The notes: generated by a model from the sequence alone, not told the origin. Numbered from the whole stretch's first letter, positions 47,967 to 62,330 are shown. The stretch is 63,299 bases of DNA, filler included, from Rhabdomonas costata (GCA_019059605.1; 50 parts of 50 records of this genome joined end to end with filler, not necessarily neighbours in it); one strand, 5' to 3'. Translations and numbers: made by a program.

Positions 47967-50900
47967 CTGCCAACAAGCAAAGGAAACAAAAACCCATGGA
48001 CGCCTAGCTCATCACCAAAGCTCGGAAAAAACACTGACCAGCGAGCCAAAGGGTCTTCAGAAGGAGGTAGCGATGCACTCAGTGTCCAAANNNNNNNNNN
48101 NNNNNNNNNNNNNNNNNNNNNNNNNNNNNNNNNNTTAATTAATTAANNNNNNNNNNNNNNNNNNNNNNNNNNNNNNNNNNNNNNNNNNNNTGTGTGTGGG
48201 TGGGCGCTGGTGAGCGATACTCAGATGGGGATGGGATGCCTCAACACCTGTCTCCACTGGACAGCTCTGTTGTCCACTACGGCCAACTTAACGGAACATG
48301 CACAATTGGGAGGGAGTGCTTGCGACATCACACCAGGGCAAAATTACAAACCAGGCGTGGCAGCCTGTGGCCAGAAAATAACCTGAAAATGAACGTGTTA
48401 CAGAGAACTGGGTGGGGTAGAGTGATTACGGTTGAAGAGGTGTGGGCCATTACAGTAACCTACCTTGCTGGACTTGCTGGAGTTTACAATATAGCTGGAA
48501 AATTACTTCATTTGCAAAGTTCAGCATTATGACAGCTGGTTGTGTTTGCGCACGCAACGGTAGCCTTGCTTCTGCATACCGCCAAGGCATTGTGAGGTTA
48601 AGAGCCCGCGGCGGTCCTTTTCATCCACTGACCGCTTCCATGATAACAGGACCGGATCCTATTGCGACAAGACCGACCAAAACTCATTTCTCACGTCGAC
48701 GAAAAAAGCAAAATTCAGGTTCCCCATAAAGCCACTTCCTTGTCACCCCCAAACAGACAAGGCGGAGCCAGAGAAAGAACCTCCCACACCATCGCTCTGT
48801 GCAAACTTCAGCAGGTGCAGCTCAAAGTCCGGGTCCGAGGGGCCACCTCCTGGCACTCTGCAAACCTCAGCTGCACGGGCAAAGGGGGCAGGTCAAAGTA
48901 CTTCACCAACACCCCGACGTCCCGCAGCCGAAGATTTGAGATCACCGCACCACCCCCACCGCTGTCATTTGCTTTGCCCCACTGCTGCTGCTGTGGGGCG
49001 GCATGGGCAGGAACGGGCGAGGGTTCTCTGGGGTAGCAAAGCGTGCCCGTCACCCCGCAGACCTCCACAGTGTCCGCCCGCCGGGAGAACAACAGAGCTC
49101 TGGAGAAGCCCATGGTAAGCGTGGACAGGACCAGGTCCAGAGTGGGCAGGGACCCTAACATGGAACAAGCCATCTTGCAAATTAAGCTATGCATACCAAA
49201 ACAAGCCCCCACATCTCGACACTTCACGGAAAATGTGCAAGTGGTGACAGAAAGGCGGAAGGACAGCCATAGAGCTGCCCATAATGAAAGCAAACAAGAA
49301 ACGGCCATCCAAGCACGCCGCGATAGACGGGCACCCTTCGAAATGCTACACACCACCNNNNNNNNNNNNNNNNNNNNNNNNNNNNNNNNNNNNNNNNNNN
49401 NTTAATTAATTAANNNNNNNNNNNNNNNNNNNNNNNNNNNNNNNNNNNNNNNNNNNNTGTGTTGTGTCCTGGTTATTAGAATGCGCGTGGTAAATAAAGT
49501 GCTAGTCAGATATTCTCTTTCTATCGATGCTCATCGATGAAAAATCTAGTTCATTTTTGTCTCTGTCATTTTTCTTGCTGTGCAGGTCGAGTTATTTTTG
49601 CTTCTTTATCAGGTAGCTTCAGCTGACCCAAACCGCCAGATCCATGGTAAAGAACCTGTGGAAATTGCCTATTATCAATATATCTACCACCACTATCCCA
49701 ACCATCCATGGATGAGACAGAATTCTGTCTCCAAACAGTGTGTTGCCCCCTAACATTGGTCATCCCGCCTACTGGGATTCCCAGTGTCTGAAATTACCAA
49801 AACTCTTTTTTGGGTGGACCTGGTCAAACCATATAAGTGCTCAAGGTGTAAATGGGTGTATCGGTGTGTTTAACATGTGGCCGGATGTCACGGTCGAAGT
49901 TTTTTAAACGACGACACCACGCAAATGCAATAGCCAGAGCATCGCCTCCTAACCGGGTATGTTTTTTGGGGGAAAGACCCACCCCAGTCCACAACCCCCA
50001 TAATCGCTTTCTACCCTAGGCATCGCCTCCTAACCGCCCGCGGTTATACCGCGATTTTAGAGTGGTTCCTTCGTAAAGAAAACTTTCGCTCCTAGGTGTG
50101 TCTTCTGCACACAAATACTGTTGACAAAAGCAAATGCCTGAGCGCGCGGAAAGCTTAAGCTGTTTCGGAGTGTACCTTGGGCGGCGCGGGGAAGGCGCAA
50201 CACCACAAAAAGGGTCCGATTCCGCCACGCCACCAACCCTAGGAGCACAAGTTCGCAACCAAACCCTAGGAGCACAAGTTACCGTTGCAAATGCCGTTGG
50301 TGTTAACTTCTAAATGCCGCCTTTTCGCCTGCAAAGTGTTCTTTTTAACACTCTCAATTTCTTCCCAATCATATCGATATGTCCTCTGTTACGTTGTTGG
50401 TCATATTCACCTCCTCGCCTCCTTTTCCTCTGCTATGCCTGCCTCCATCCTCCATCCATCAGCAAAAGTCTGCCGAAGCTTCTGCGGACTAACACTTACT
50501 TCTTCGAATCGCAATTTACCAGGTAGTTTTCTGTTCCCCTTCCTTCCAGCACATGAATGCCCACCAACCGTAGCTATGAAGCGGGTAGTGCCTTATGCTT
50601 GGTCACACAGTCCCCCTAAAACCCNNNNNNNNNNNNNNNNNNNNNNNNNNNNNNNNNNNNNNNNNNNNTTAATTAATTAANNNNNNNNNNNNNNNNNNNN
50701 NNNNNNNNNNNNNNNNNNNNNNNNGGGTTTGGGCAGGTCCAGTATGTTTATGTGGGGGCAATACGGACAGCACACCGGACGAAAATGAAATTTGTCCAAA
50801 GAAGGGGTCAGGGAGGGGAAGGCAAAGCACTCTCCCGCACACATATCGCTTTATCAGGTGCAAGCGCAACGCCCCCACATAAACATACTGGACCTTCGCA

Positions 50901-52334
50901 AAAAATAATTCATCCCCTCCCCCTCCTTGGACGAGTTTCATTTTTGGGGGATAAACTGCCCTTAATCCAGTGGGGGAATGCTGCAGGCTTTCGCATAAGG
51001 TGGCGCAAGCCCATAGCCCAAAGTCCGAAGCTTCATCGAATGCGAAACGGAGTTAGACACGAACAAAGCAGTCAGCTGCACACACACACACACAAGCTGT
51101 GGCTGTTCACCCAAAGCAACCACAAACCAACGAATGCACGAGCAAGGTCAATGAATAAAATAGGACATCGTCGTTATGCCATAGTAAGGGAAATCTCCCC
51201 TCCCCCAGAACGCCGCAAAAGAGCACCTGAAGACACCGGCGAAAGAAAACGCAGCTCCGCTTGGATGTGCTGTGGGTGGACATCAGCCTCGTAAAGACAT
51301 GGAGGTCGTCCTCTAGGCTGCCACGCAGACGCGGGGCACCGGTAGAAACTGTCCGCTGAGCAGCTCGAGCGCGCATAATAAAAGTAAAGAACAGGAAGAA
51401 ATGGTTCGGGTCACAAGCTGAGGAGGTAAACGCCACCACAGGAGCGAGAAGAGAACCGCGACATTCCAACCACCACAGCAGAGCAAATGCGTGCAGAACG
51501 CGTGCCCTGACAGAGTCGAGCCCTCCCATTTCAAGGCGAGGGGACGAGCGAACAGCAGCAAACACATCGCAGTAGAGAAGAAACAAGAGTGAACACGACA
51601 GGTGGGCACATCAACCATACGCCACACAGGCACAGGCGTAGATACACAGGAAAGGGCCACACTGACGCACTCGCCAAGGGTGCGGCTCTCCGTACCGGGT
51701 GCTAGCTGCACCCGGTTGCACCATCCCCTTCACTGGTTCCCGTGGCGGGGCCTCCATCGCCACTCCCATCCTTCCCACCGCCACTGCTGCTGGCACAACT
51801 ATCACCACTGCCACTGGAAATCGTCTCTTTCGGGGCCGGCACCGCGACGGTCCTATCTGGGCTTCCCACCAACCCCCAAACACACCACACANNNNNNNNN
51901 NNNNNNNNNNNNNNNNNNNNNNNNNNNNNNNNNNNTTAATTAATTAANNNNNNNNNNNNNNNNNNNNNNNNNNNNNNNNNNNNNNNNNNNNCTGGAATGG
52001 ACAAACACCCTGAAATTCCCAGTTCGCCGGTGGCGTGCCTTGGATTTTGTTGGCGAAGGGTGGGGCTCTCCTCCTCTGCGCTGTGTGTGTTTTCGGGTCA
52101 TCAGTGAGACTCAGGCGGCGTCTGTGAAGGGCGGGGTGGTGGGCATGGCGGTGCTCCCCAGTAGGGCCTCCAGCCTGGCCGCGGTCTCCACGGCCGCCGT
52201 GCACGTCCTTCCTGTGGGGGTTTGCCCTTTTCCCGTTCTTAAGACACACCCGCCCGCCCCATTCTCCGAAGATCTTGCCTTACTGACCACAATCACGTCG
52301 AGTTCCACCGGGTTAATGGTGACCCACCCGCCGA

Positions 52335-52335
<1 letters not shown>

Positions 52336-52375
<40 letters not shown>
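52336..52375. repeat. (CA)20 microsatellite
   Basis: Direct reading. Confidence 0.95.
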
Positions 52376-52377
<2 letters not shown>

Positions 52378-55300
52378 ATAGTGATTACTATACAGTGGCC
52401 TGGATTGTATTAGGAGAGAGAGCGGGTCACCAATGAAACAAAACCCGTTTCGTTGCAGGTTGCCGGTGGATGGATTGAATCGGCGCTTTTCACTGCGTCA
52501 CACTCCAAACTTGTGATACACACCACATCACACCCGCAAAAAGGAAACGTGCTTGAAGGTACCGAATGAGTGCACGTTGCCAAATCAGGGGATGCTCGAT
52601 TCGAGCTCTGGACAGGACAATTTCAGAAGCCGCCCAATAATCAAATGTATGGAACCCAAGACGAAATGATGCTGCCTTCTCTCTAGGACAGACTCCGGTG
52701 TGCTGGCCAACTTTGCACTGCGGTGGCATAGTAGCCGAGTCATAATCCAAAACAAAACAATACTAACCTCATTTCCTGCGACCAATCGCAGCTTAACTCC
52801 TAACCAACTTCTCTCTCTTTGCACTGGCACATCCATCCAGAAGTTCGAGGAAGGAAGCAAAACACCCGTTTCAGAAACAACCGCACCAGACAACGTGGCC
52901 TCACCTCTTCGCGATACCAGAGCACTTAGTGTTTCATTCTCTTTCTCACACCTCCTTTTTTCTTTCACATTTTTGAACCCCCCCCCTTCTCGTCCCTCTC
53001 TTTTTTGAAAGTTTCAAGGCGTCCCATTTAAGACTGGCCAATATACTTTTTTTTAATATCAGTACCGAAATCGTCCAAAACAATCCTGTTCCAGTTATCC
53101 GCCAGAGCCCAACAACAACAATTTCTATAGAACACACAAACCACCAAAAACACCAACACANNNNNNNNNNNNNNNNNNNNNNNNNNNNNNNNNNNNNNNN
53201 NNNNTTAATTAATTAANNNNNNNNNNNNNNNNNNNNNNNNNNNNNNNNNNNNNNNNNNNNTTGTTTGGCGATGAAAGAAGAGAAGGGCAGGATGCGGCTG
53301 CGACAGCGGGGCACCTCACTCGGTCGTACGCCTAAAACTGGTTCCCAAGGATACTCGCTCATGAGGATCAACTGTATTCTCCCCAGATGGTGTGTACCCT
53401 AAGGTAATTTCGAGCATTTTATTGGAAACAAAATTGATTTGATGTTTTGACATTTTTTATGCATTTTATGTTCCTCTGCACTCCCTGTCCCTATGTGGCA
53501 TGATAGGTGCATGGGTCTCTTTTCTGTGTGCAATCTCACCCGCAGGCGTTGGGCTGTACTACCGAGGCTCGGGTGGGCAGCCCTTCCAAGTGCGGAGTGA
53601 GAACGGGCGCTACATTCCTTTGGAAACCTTTTGAGACCCTCGTGTCATGTGTGCTGCTGTGTGTGTGCATGTGAGTGTTATGTTGTGAAGCAGACTGGTG
53701 GTGCCTGAAGGCTGTCCTTGAGAGTGACATTTTTTCATGATATCCGCTCATTGGCCCATACGTGCAGAGGTGTGGCGGTTTGTGGGTCAAACATTCCTTT
53801 GTTGAGATTTGCTGTGCAGGCTGTGAGGGCGGCCTACACCGGAAGGTCAATAGAACCTAAGAACCTTCAAGAGCGTATAAATAATTAAAAACGTTGCAAA
53901 TCAGAAAAATCAACGAGTGTTCTCCGCAAACGACATGAGCAGCAGGCAGAATCTTCAGGGGGGGATGATTGCAAACTGAAATGGAAAATAAACGCGAAGT
54001 CTAGAAAGTGTATCTCTGCACAACATATGAAAAAAGAGGGGGCCGGGATATGGAATGGGGAGAGGGAGGGAGACACCCACACCACAATCTCCTGTTTTGC
54101 TTGAATTTGCTTTTTTAATTTTTCAGCACACCTGATCTTTCGTTCCTCGCACCTGCATGGCATACACCTACAGCAACTTTTTTTTTGCAATCCCTTCTCC
54201 CAATGATCGTATTTTATCGGCATCAGGGGGGCTCTTTCCTCACAAGTAAGGAAGTTTTCCCTCCCCCACCCCCATCGCTTTGCAGGGAGTCCTTTTTGTG
54301 GTTATTTTTGGCCTTTTCTCAACCTTCTCCTGGAGTTCGGGCTTTGTGTCTTTTTCTTCTATTTTTTTCCGACGTAGAACTTTGCTGTGGTTGCTGTGGA
54401 AAAAAATAGAAGAAAAACACCCAAAACNNNNNNNNNNNNNNNNNNNNNNNNNNNNNNNNNNNNNNNNNNNNTTAATTAATTAANNNNNNNNNNNNNNNNN
54501 NNNNNNNNNNNNNNNNNNNNNNNNNNNGGGGTGGTGTGGCCGCGGGGCCGCAGTCCGCCGTGTTGTCTGGGCAAAGCTGAGTTGACGGAGCTGCGCGAGG
54601 CGTTCCTCATGAGTCTTGCGGGGGGGCTCCGTGGCCCGCTTGCGGGCGCGAATCTCGGCATTCAGCTGGCCAGCAAGAGGAGCTGAGGAGTGTGGGAAGG
54701 GCACGGTGATGGCTGCACTGGGGCAGTACGTGGAGATGACCATTCCGCGTAATCACATCACACGTGAAAAGACAAGAAAGGGGAACATGGAAGAAGCAAC
54801 CTTCAAAAGTGGCCCCAGCAACCTGCAAAGTGTTCGGACAAAATTCGGACAACTTCAGCAAAGAAAAAACCAGCAAAGGAAAACCAAAAACGAAACAATG
54901 AGTTGGACTCACTGACTCGCGAATTTAGAACAAATTGGGCGACTTTGGACTTTGGAAACCAGCGAACCAAATGCTGATGGATTAATTTCGGTCCAAATTT
55001 CGGCAACTCGGAAATTTCGGACGGGCCTGGTCTGCTTTTTTCACTTCCTCCTCCTCCCAGGTGATAGCGAGGCAAAAAAAAAAAAGAGAAAGTGTTTACT
55101 ACTGTCTACGATCTTTTTTTGACCCACTGTCGACTTTCGAAAGATGCTACTGTAGTCGGGATCCGGTCTTCGGGGGGGGGGGGATCGTTATACGTGACGA
55201 AACCAAAACCTGCGGGCGCCCCACCTAGACACTAGTGCACAACCTTCGGTTTGAGGTGTATCGCCACGTACATGAAACCACGTATATGAAATCTGTCCCC

Positions 55301-55446
55301 AGGAAACGCCGCCTCCGCCCCTAAACTAATCGAATCCCTTTTGTTGGCTAAAGCCCAGCCGAGCCGTGAAAGGCAACGGCAGGACCAAATTCGTTTCTTC
55401 AATTTCCACCAGATGACCGTACAACACCGTTAACACCCTAAAACCG

Positions 55447-55447
<1 letters not shown>

Positions 55448-55480
<33 letters not shown>
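55448..55480. repeat. (CA)n microsatellite
   Basis: Direct reading. Confidence 0.95.
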
Positions 55481-55481
<1 letters not shown>

Positions 55482-55801
55482 ACCCACAAAAAAAGCCCGG
55501 CCCGAATTAGGGTGGTGATTACGGTTGAAACCGATTAACCTTTTCAGGGGATTTCTAGACTTTTCTTTCTGGTTCTTTTGAACACGCACCAACTCGCTTT
55601 GGGTCGTGCACTCCAGGTCCTTAACGTCATGTGGCTCTTCTTCTACTTTTTTTTGCAAACGCCCCGGCGAAAAACAGTAGAAGAAGAGCCACAAAACCNN
55701 NNNNNNNNNNNNNNNNNNNNNNNNNNNNNNNNNNNNNNNNNNTTAATTAATTAANNNNNNNNNNNNNNNNNNNNNNNNNNNNNNNNNNNNNNNNNNNNTG
55801 T

Positions 55802-55989
55802 GTGTGTGGAGATGGTTGGGATTAATCGTCATAGCACAATTAGAAGAAGGGACTGCCAGGCAAGTCTTTCTGTTGTAGACGAGCGGGGTTTTGTGGTCGG
55901 AGAACCACTGATGGGTGGGAACCCCAAATGGCACCACACTTACACAGCACAGCACAGCACAACGATTAATCCCAACCATCTCCACACAC
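55802..55989. repeat. 28-bp inverted repeat with ~130-bp spacer
   Basis: GTGTGTGGAGATGGTTGGGATTAATCGT (55802-55829) and its reverse complement (55962-55989). Confidence 0.9.
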
Positions 55990-58339
55990 GCAGGCCAAAA
56001 ATAAAAGCTGAAGCACGGAGAAAAGTGGGCAGGCTGGCAACGCGCCTGCGTGCATCACCCTCAGAGCGTTTCGGAGATGCAGTAGCATGACCCCTGGGGT
56101 ACTGGGGCGGAGCTGCTGCGGTGGAGCGGTAGCGGTAGCCGCAGAGGTGGCATGAGTCGTAGTACTGAGAAGGAAGCTCGCCGCGGCTGCCCATGCGCAG
56201 GCACAGCCCTGCAGCACTGCCAGCCTCAACCGATCCCCGACGGGCGTTCCCGCGTGGGACCTGTGAAACGGACCCAGGGAAGGAGGAAACTCTGTTCTCG
56301 TCAGACTGCAGTTCGCGGCATGACGGTAGAGGCTTGGATACTTGGCTGGAGATAAGCTGAAGCTGACAAAAAAGCCCACGGTAAGGTAAACGACAAATGC
56401 TGTGTCATTTCATCAAGCAGACAATCCCAATCCAAAGCAATGCCAACCGTACAGCCACCCCAAAAGTCGCGGACGCAGGCCCACCTCAGCACTCTAGCCA
56501 GAGTAAACTGCCAGCCAATGTGCAGGTCTGCCTCCTCCACGGTCACAGGCTCCGCAAGGCTCTCCACGGGGGCCCCATCCCTGGGCCAGCCGCTGGCCAA
56601 CCTCTGGGCACTCCATTGCTGCAGGGAGGTCAGCGTACCCTGGCTGGACAGCTGCTGCACGGCAGTCCACGCACGGCAGCCGTCACTCGGATCTTACAGA
56701 AACAAGCAACCAACTCAGCGGGAGGGGAAGAGGGGCGCCGAAAAAAGTGGCTTCACCATTCGCACAAACCCACAAACCGACCCGCCCACACCCACAAACA
56801 CCTGATCCAAAAAAAGGCACATGCAGCCACACAAAAAAACGAAGGGGCAATTCCACGTCCACCGCAACACAACGAGACTTACACACATGTCTGGCAATGA
56901 CCCCGGAGCAACCTTTCCAACTATACTCGTTTCGTACCTTTGCACGTCCCTCCCCCCCAACCTANNNNNNNNNNNNNNNNNNNNNNNNNNNNNNNNNNNN
57001 NNNNNNNNTTAATTAATTAANNNNNNNNNNNNNNNNNNNNNNNNNNNNNNNNNNNNNNNNNNNNTTGTGTTGTGACTCCGCAGCATTTCGCTTTCCCGCT
57101 ACTGTTCCGTGTGATAACGCTGCTTCATGCGAAGGAAATTTTTGGATAACTCAAGCAATATTGTTTTGCTCGCTTTGCAGAAAAAAAAATAGTCAATGCT
57201 ATATCGAGGGCGAAGGGAACGTAACGAGGGAAGGGTGGGTGTCGAAAAGTTGAGGGAAGTTGCCTCGATGAAGTAGGATGTGCGCAATGTGTTGCAGATC
57301 GGTGGGGAAGTAGCTGGGTTTAGAAAAGGGAGAGGGTGAATGGGTCTCATAGTGTGTAGGCGTAAGATCAATTGGCAGCGTCTGTCGGGAGAACTCCCAG
57401 CATTCCTGGAAGAACGTCAAATCTTCACCATCTGTGTGCCCGCCTTAGGATGTCTCCAGGGGCCCTAGCATCGGAGCTCATTGGCAGCGAGGGTGCCGTT
57501 GCCGGCGTGGCCCTGGCCGTCTCTGCCGCCATTTTTGGTGGTTCGTACCTACCCCTCCCACCCTATTGCAACGAGTCCACTCTGCGAGTGCAAAATCGAA
57601 AGCTCGAATGCAAAGCGCTTTTGAATCTTTCCTTTAAGGTGATCATAGTTTGCTAATAGTAAAGGCTGAAATGGATGCCAAAATGGTCGGCGACGACTCG
57701 TTCAATTCTCACTTTTTAAACGCCGAGTAATTTTAACCGAATTTGACATGTGTACGTTATGTTTTTTCATTCCTCACCGAGAAGTGCATACTAAAATCCA
57801 TGCTGCTTGACATTCCGCTTGAAAACAAATGAAGATCGCTGTGATGAGCCAAAGGGAGCCAGCTCTGTGTTTTGGGAGGACCTCCCTCTTCTCTGTGGCT
57901 CAGCGATGAAGGTCATGCGACTGGGCTTACGGTGCGTCCTGAGCCATCCGCATTGGCTCTCGGAGGCCCAGGGCCACCCCGGAACCACCCGCCGGGGCCT
58001 GCGGGCCACCCTGCTACTCGCCGTGCTGCGGCTTGCCTTCCGTCCCTGGTACACTCCACTGCTGCACAGGTCTGTGTGGGTGAGACGGTCAGCTTAGATG
58101 TAGATGATAAGGAGTGTTGCCTTTGAGAGGTGGTATGGAATGGGCTGCTGTGAACACCGAAAATCACACATCCGCTTCAGCCCACCTTCCCCACCCCAGT
58201 TCACTTTTGCTGTTCTCCCGCCGCAAAAAGTNNNNNNNNNNNNNNNNNNNNNNNNNNNNNNNNNNNNNNNNNNNNTTAATTAATTAANNNNNNNNNNNNN
58301 NNNNNNNNNNNNNNNNNNNNNNNNNNNNNNNGGGGGGTT

Positions 58340-58850
58340 GGCTCCAGTGGTGATGATTCGGGTGGTGAGGAGAACAGTGATCATGACACAGGAAGTGGAG
58401 CCCAATCCGCGACGGAGGAAGTCGACGAGGATGATAAAAATGACGATAAAAGCGAGGGTGATGCCGAAAGTGGCAGCGGAAGCGAAGCGAAGTCTGACTC
58501 CGGCGCCGCGGCGTCGGACTCCGAAGCGAAGCCGGAAGCTGCTTCCGAGGTTTCTTCTGGCTCTTCTGCTTCTGCGGAAAAGGACGATGACGTCGACGTG
58601 GACGCCGCCTGTGAGGAAGACAGGGTGGAGGATAGCAATCAGAGCGAGGGGGACGCTGCCTCGTCTGAAACAGCAGAGGACCGAGCCGGGGTGGACGCTG
58701 CTGAACCCTCAAGAGGCCCGAAGAAGAAAAAGAAGAGCGTTGGGAGGTGCAAGCGAAGGAGGAAGGGCCGGGCGCAGGATGCCGCCCAGGAGGCTGTGGC
58801 GGAGGGAAAGGCCCCAGCTCGCCGTCACGCCACGCGCAGAAAGCGGAGGC
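58340..58850 (+). CDS. Acidic D/E/S-rich low-complexity protein with basic NLS-like tract, partial
   Basis: Open frame GDDSGGEENSDHD...EEVDEDDKNDDKSEGDAES...PKKKKKSVGRCKRRRK. Confidence 0.65.
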
Positions 58851-59282
58851 GCACGTGCCGGGATGGGATATCGAACTAAGCCTGCACATCTTGGCCTTAT
58901 GGTCAGAGCTTTCTGGTTTGACCATTACCTACTTCTCTGGCCTAACAGGAACCAAGCAGGTATTTCGCAGTTGTCTTTCGGATGCGCCGTGGGAAGGTGT
59001 CCTCATATATACCTCTTTTTCTTCCTGGATCCTAGTCCCGCCCGCAACTTCTAGGCACTGCCTTGTCGCTTTCTGCTCCTACCCTCTTCTTGATGGGTGG
59101 TCAATTCTGAACAGTGATGGCAACCCCCCTCAGGAGGTGGTCATTCCGTTCTGAATTCAAGACGGAACACCCCCAAGTCGCTCACTGTTGAAAACACCTT
59201 TGCTGCTCACCGCGAAGGTGAGCGCTATTTTGACTTGACCTTTCTTTCCCACGCAAACGCCAGCGTTTAGGTTCTGTATTTC

Positions 59283-59494
59283 TTTTGTCTTTGCCATTGA
59301 TGATCTCGATTGTTTTGGAAATTGGGAGTACAGCCAATTAGAGCCTCTCATGGCTCCCCTGAATCCGCGCTGCGGTTCCATGGTGCGGGCGGTGGGGAAG
59401 GCCGCTGGGCTGAATCAGGGGAGCCATGAGAGGCTCTAATTGGCTGTACTCCCAATTTCCAAAACAATCGAGATCATCAATGACAAAGACAAAA
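59283..59494. repeat. 80-bp inverted repeat (1 mismatch), 52-bp spacer, at contig end
   Basis: 59283-59362 is the reverse complement of 59415-59494. Confidence 0.93.
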
Positions 59495-61502
59495 CAAANN
59501 NNNNNNNNNNNNNNNNNNNNNNNNNNNNNNNNNNNNNNNNNNTTAATTAATTAANNNNNNNNNNNNNNNNNNNNNNNNNNNNNNNNNNNNNNNNNNNNGT
59601 GGGGGAATAGGCAGCTAAGGCTAAGCACTTGCATTTTAAGTTCGGCGCTAAAAGTGTCCGACCCTATGAACCCCTATAAATACACATTGCAGAAAGGGCG
59701 AGAAGGGGGCGAGCGGGTTACCCGTGGCATGGTGCCGAAGGACTGCTGGGTAGTGATGGTCACCAGATGGAATTGTGATGCTACTTCGGGGCGGCGAATC
59801 CTCTTCTGCATTTCTGTAGGTGCGCTAGTTACGGACTATTGCCTGTTTTTAGTGGGGACGCAGGACTCTGCCCAAGTACCGAAAAGCACCGAAAAGAATT
59901 CAGAAAGGCACGGTGTCGATGGCGAGAACCGCACCTTGGAAGCCGCCTTGGGTGCTGGGGCCTTCTTTGCCTTCGGTTTCGCGTCAGCTTCGGCCGCCGC
60001 AGATCCAAGGGCGGTGTCAGGCTGCGAAAGGCAAAATAAAAAAGAGTAGGCAATCGACCCTGCGCACCGGAATTACAGCAGCATCCTGTGCCGAATCTGT
60101 CCAATAGAAAAAAAAAAGCGTCGTGAAGTGCAATGAAACGGAAAAAGCACTCAGTTGAAAACCGTTCAGATCAAGGACAAAGCTAAATCGAAGGCGGTTG
60201 TTCCGCCATAGGCAAGAAAAGTTATCAAGGGTGGCGAGGTGAGAAACTGGTCAGCTCACGATGCACGTTGAAGAAGACGAAGGCTGCAACAAAGCGCGGA
60301 ACCTGTGGGGGGAGGATGCGTCGGCGCTTCTTAGCAGCTGAGCTGTCAGCGGAGGGAGCAGACGGTGCAGAGGGCGCAGAGGTTGTTGGCACCGCCTCAG
60401 CCGAGGGCGCGCCTGAAGTAGGGTTGGTTGGTTCCAGGGAGGCTTTTGATTTCCGTTTGAGTTGCCCAAGTTTGGAGAGAAGGCCGGCTTATTATGCTCA
60501 CGTGAATGATGAAACAGCAATTTTTTGCCTGGAAAGTGAAGAACTGTCCGTAACCCCCAAGAGCAAGCCCGAGTACGTAAAAACGCGAACGTGTCAGTGC
60601 ACTTGGGGGCAACAGAAAGGTAGGGATTACACGCGACCACTACAATTGAAACGACTCTTCACCTCAAATCGTGCAGAAAGAAGAAACGAAACAGAAGGAG
60701 AGATGTGCGGCGAGCTAAAAGCCTATGATTAAAGCATACCAAAAACAACCAAACACACCCACCACNNNNNNNNNNNNNNNNNNNNNNNNNNNNNNNNNNN
60801 NNNNNNNNNTTAATTAATTAANNNNNNNNNNNNNNNNNNNNNNNNNNNNNNNNNNNNNNNNNNNNTTGTTTTTGGTTCTTAAACTTTTTATATTGGCAAG
60901 TGTTGCATCCGCACCAAGGCAAGAAAAATAAAGGTTCTGTGAGCAAACGATGCAGGTATCGTTGTAAAGCGGTGATTTTTGAAGAACAATAATACCGAAA
61001 AATGAGGTCGTTTGCCTGTGAATTCAATAGGTTGTTTGTTTTCCTGTTATTCTAGTAGGTTTGAGCATGTTTTGCTTCAGGATTCTGGTTGTCCAAATGA
61101 AAATTTCCATGGCGATATGGCAAGATGCTTTCAAGTCAAGTTACCAGGCCCATATAGGCCCTTCCCCTTGTATTCCATCTCCCATTGGAATGGGAGGTGG
61201 AAACAAAGCCGATAAACTTTCAAAATCGACACGCCTCTCAGCCCACCTTTTATGGCTACGGACTTTTGATGCCCTTCCTCTCTATTCAGGCCAACGGATG
61301 AATATTTGTCCCCTTTCCCACGAAAGCCCTTTTCGGTGATGATTATCTTTCCTTTCACTGGGGAACGACCAGGTTCCGAAGGAAACAACAAGTTGCCTTC
61401 GGCACCACACCACAACCCCACAACCCAGAACGATAAGGGGGTTCACCAACTACTTCACGTGACCCACAAGAGTGCACCCAAAGTGCACGTACGACAAAGC
61501 AC

Positions 61503-61735
61503 CTGAGGTTATCCAAAACGAGGACCAGAGGCAGGGCCTCTGGGAGCCCCAGCGGAGGAGGCTCCGCCGCCGGGGCATCCCCCACGGCCACCAGGAACTC
61601 CTCGTCGCGCACTCCCCGAGAGTGCTTCCGCTCAATCGGCAGAGCCAGCACCAGGAAGTGTCGCAGAGGGAAGTCCAGAGTTTTGATTTTCTCGGCCAGC
61701 CGGGACAGCTCCCGCAGCTCGTCATCCCTGTGGTC
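61503..61735 (-). CDS. SpoU/TrmH-family RNA methyltransferase exon
   Basis: GC3-rich exon (tag|...|gtgctt) ending LPLVLVLDNLR, the start of the SPOUT motif VVLDNxRSxxNxG. Confidence 0.65.
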
Positions 61736-62330
61736 CTACGAAGCGATGGAGGGAGGGCAACGCGATGCACATAGCAGAGCTTTGCAATCTGGAAGCCTCG
61801 CAGACCAAGTGCATCTTCTCAGAGTGAGGCTGTCCGTGCTTTTAGCAACAGTTAGCAGTACTCCCCTTTTTCCGTTCTGGAACGAAAAGAATGAAAAGGA
61901 AGCCAACCCAGCGGTTGCTTTCAACATACCCACTGCGAAGACAGGTCAAAATGGTTTTATGTTACAAAACAGAACGTATTTGCTGAAAGACCCATCACAG
62001 GAAAGTTTCCAGTATTGATGAACACACACACCNNNNNNNNNNNNNNNNNNNNNNNNNNNNNNNNNNNNNNNNNNNNTTAATTAATTAANNNNNNNNNNNN
62101 NNNNNNNNNNNNNNNNNNNNNNNNNNNNNNNNGTGGGGGGGGGCACAGAGATGGTGAGAGTGAAAATGCTTCTGCGGTTCTGTTTGACATCGGAAGGGAG
62201 GAAAAGAAGCGAAAAAGCAAGGAAGAACAAGAAGAGAGAGATAAAATGAAACAGAAAAAGAAACACGCTTATTCTGAGTTCAACCTTGGTTCTCCGCCAA
62301 AACACCGTTAGCACCACAAACATCCCACAC

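Noticed and set aside
49939-50280. Short direct repeats GCATCGCCTCCTAACCG x2 and AACCCTAGGAGCACAAGTT x2
   Set aside because: Only two copies each, consistent with local duplication. No array structure.
58475-58535. GAAGCGAAGCGA / GAAGCGAAGC resemble the hairpin family
   Set aside because: Explained by Ser-Glu-Ala codons in the acidic ORF.
1169-62132. Regularly spaced TTAATTAATTAA repeats resembling a CRISPR-like or periodic array
   Set aside because: Synthetic scaffold linker between N runs.
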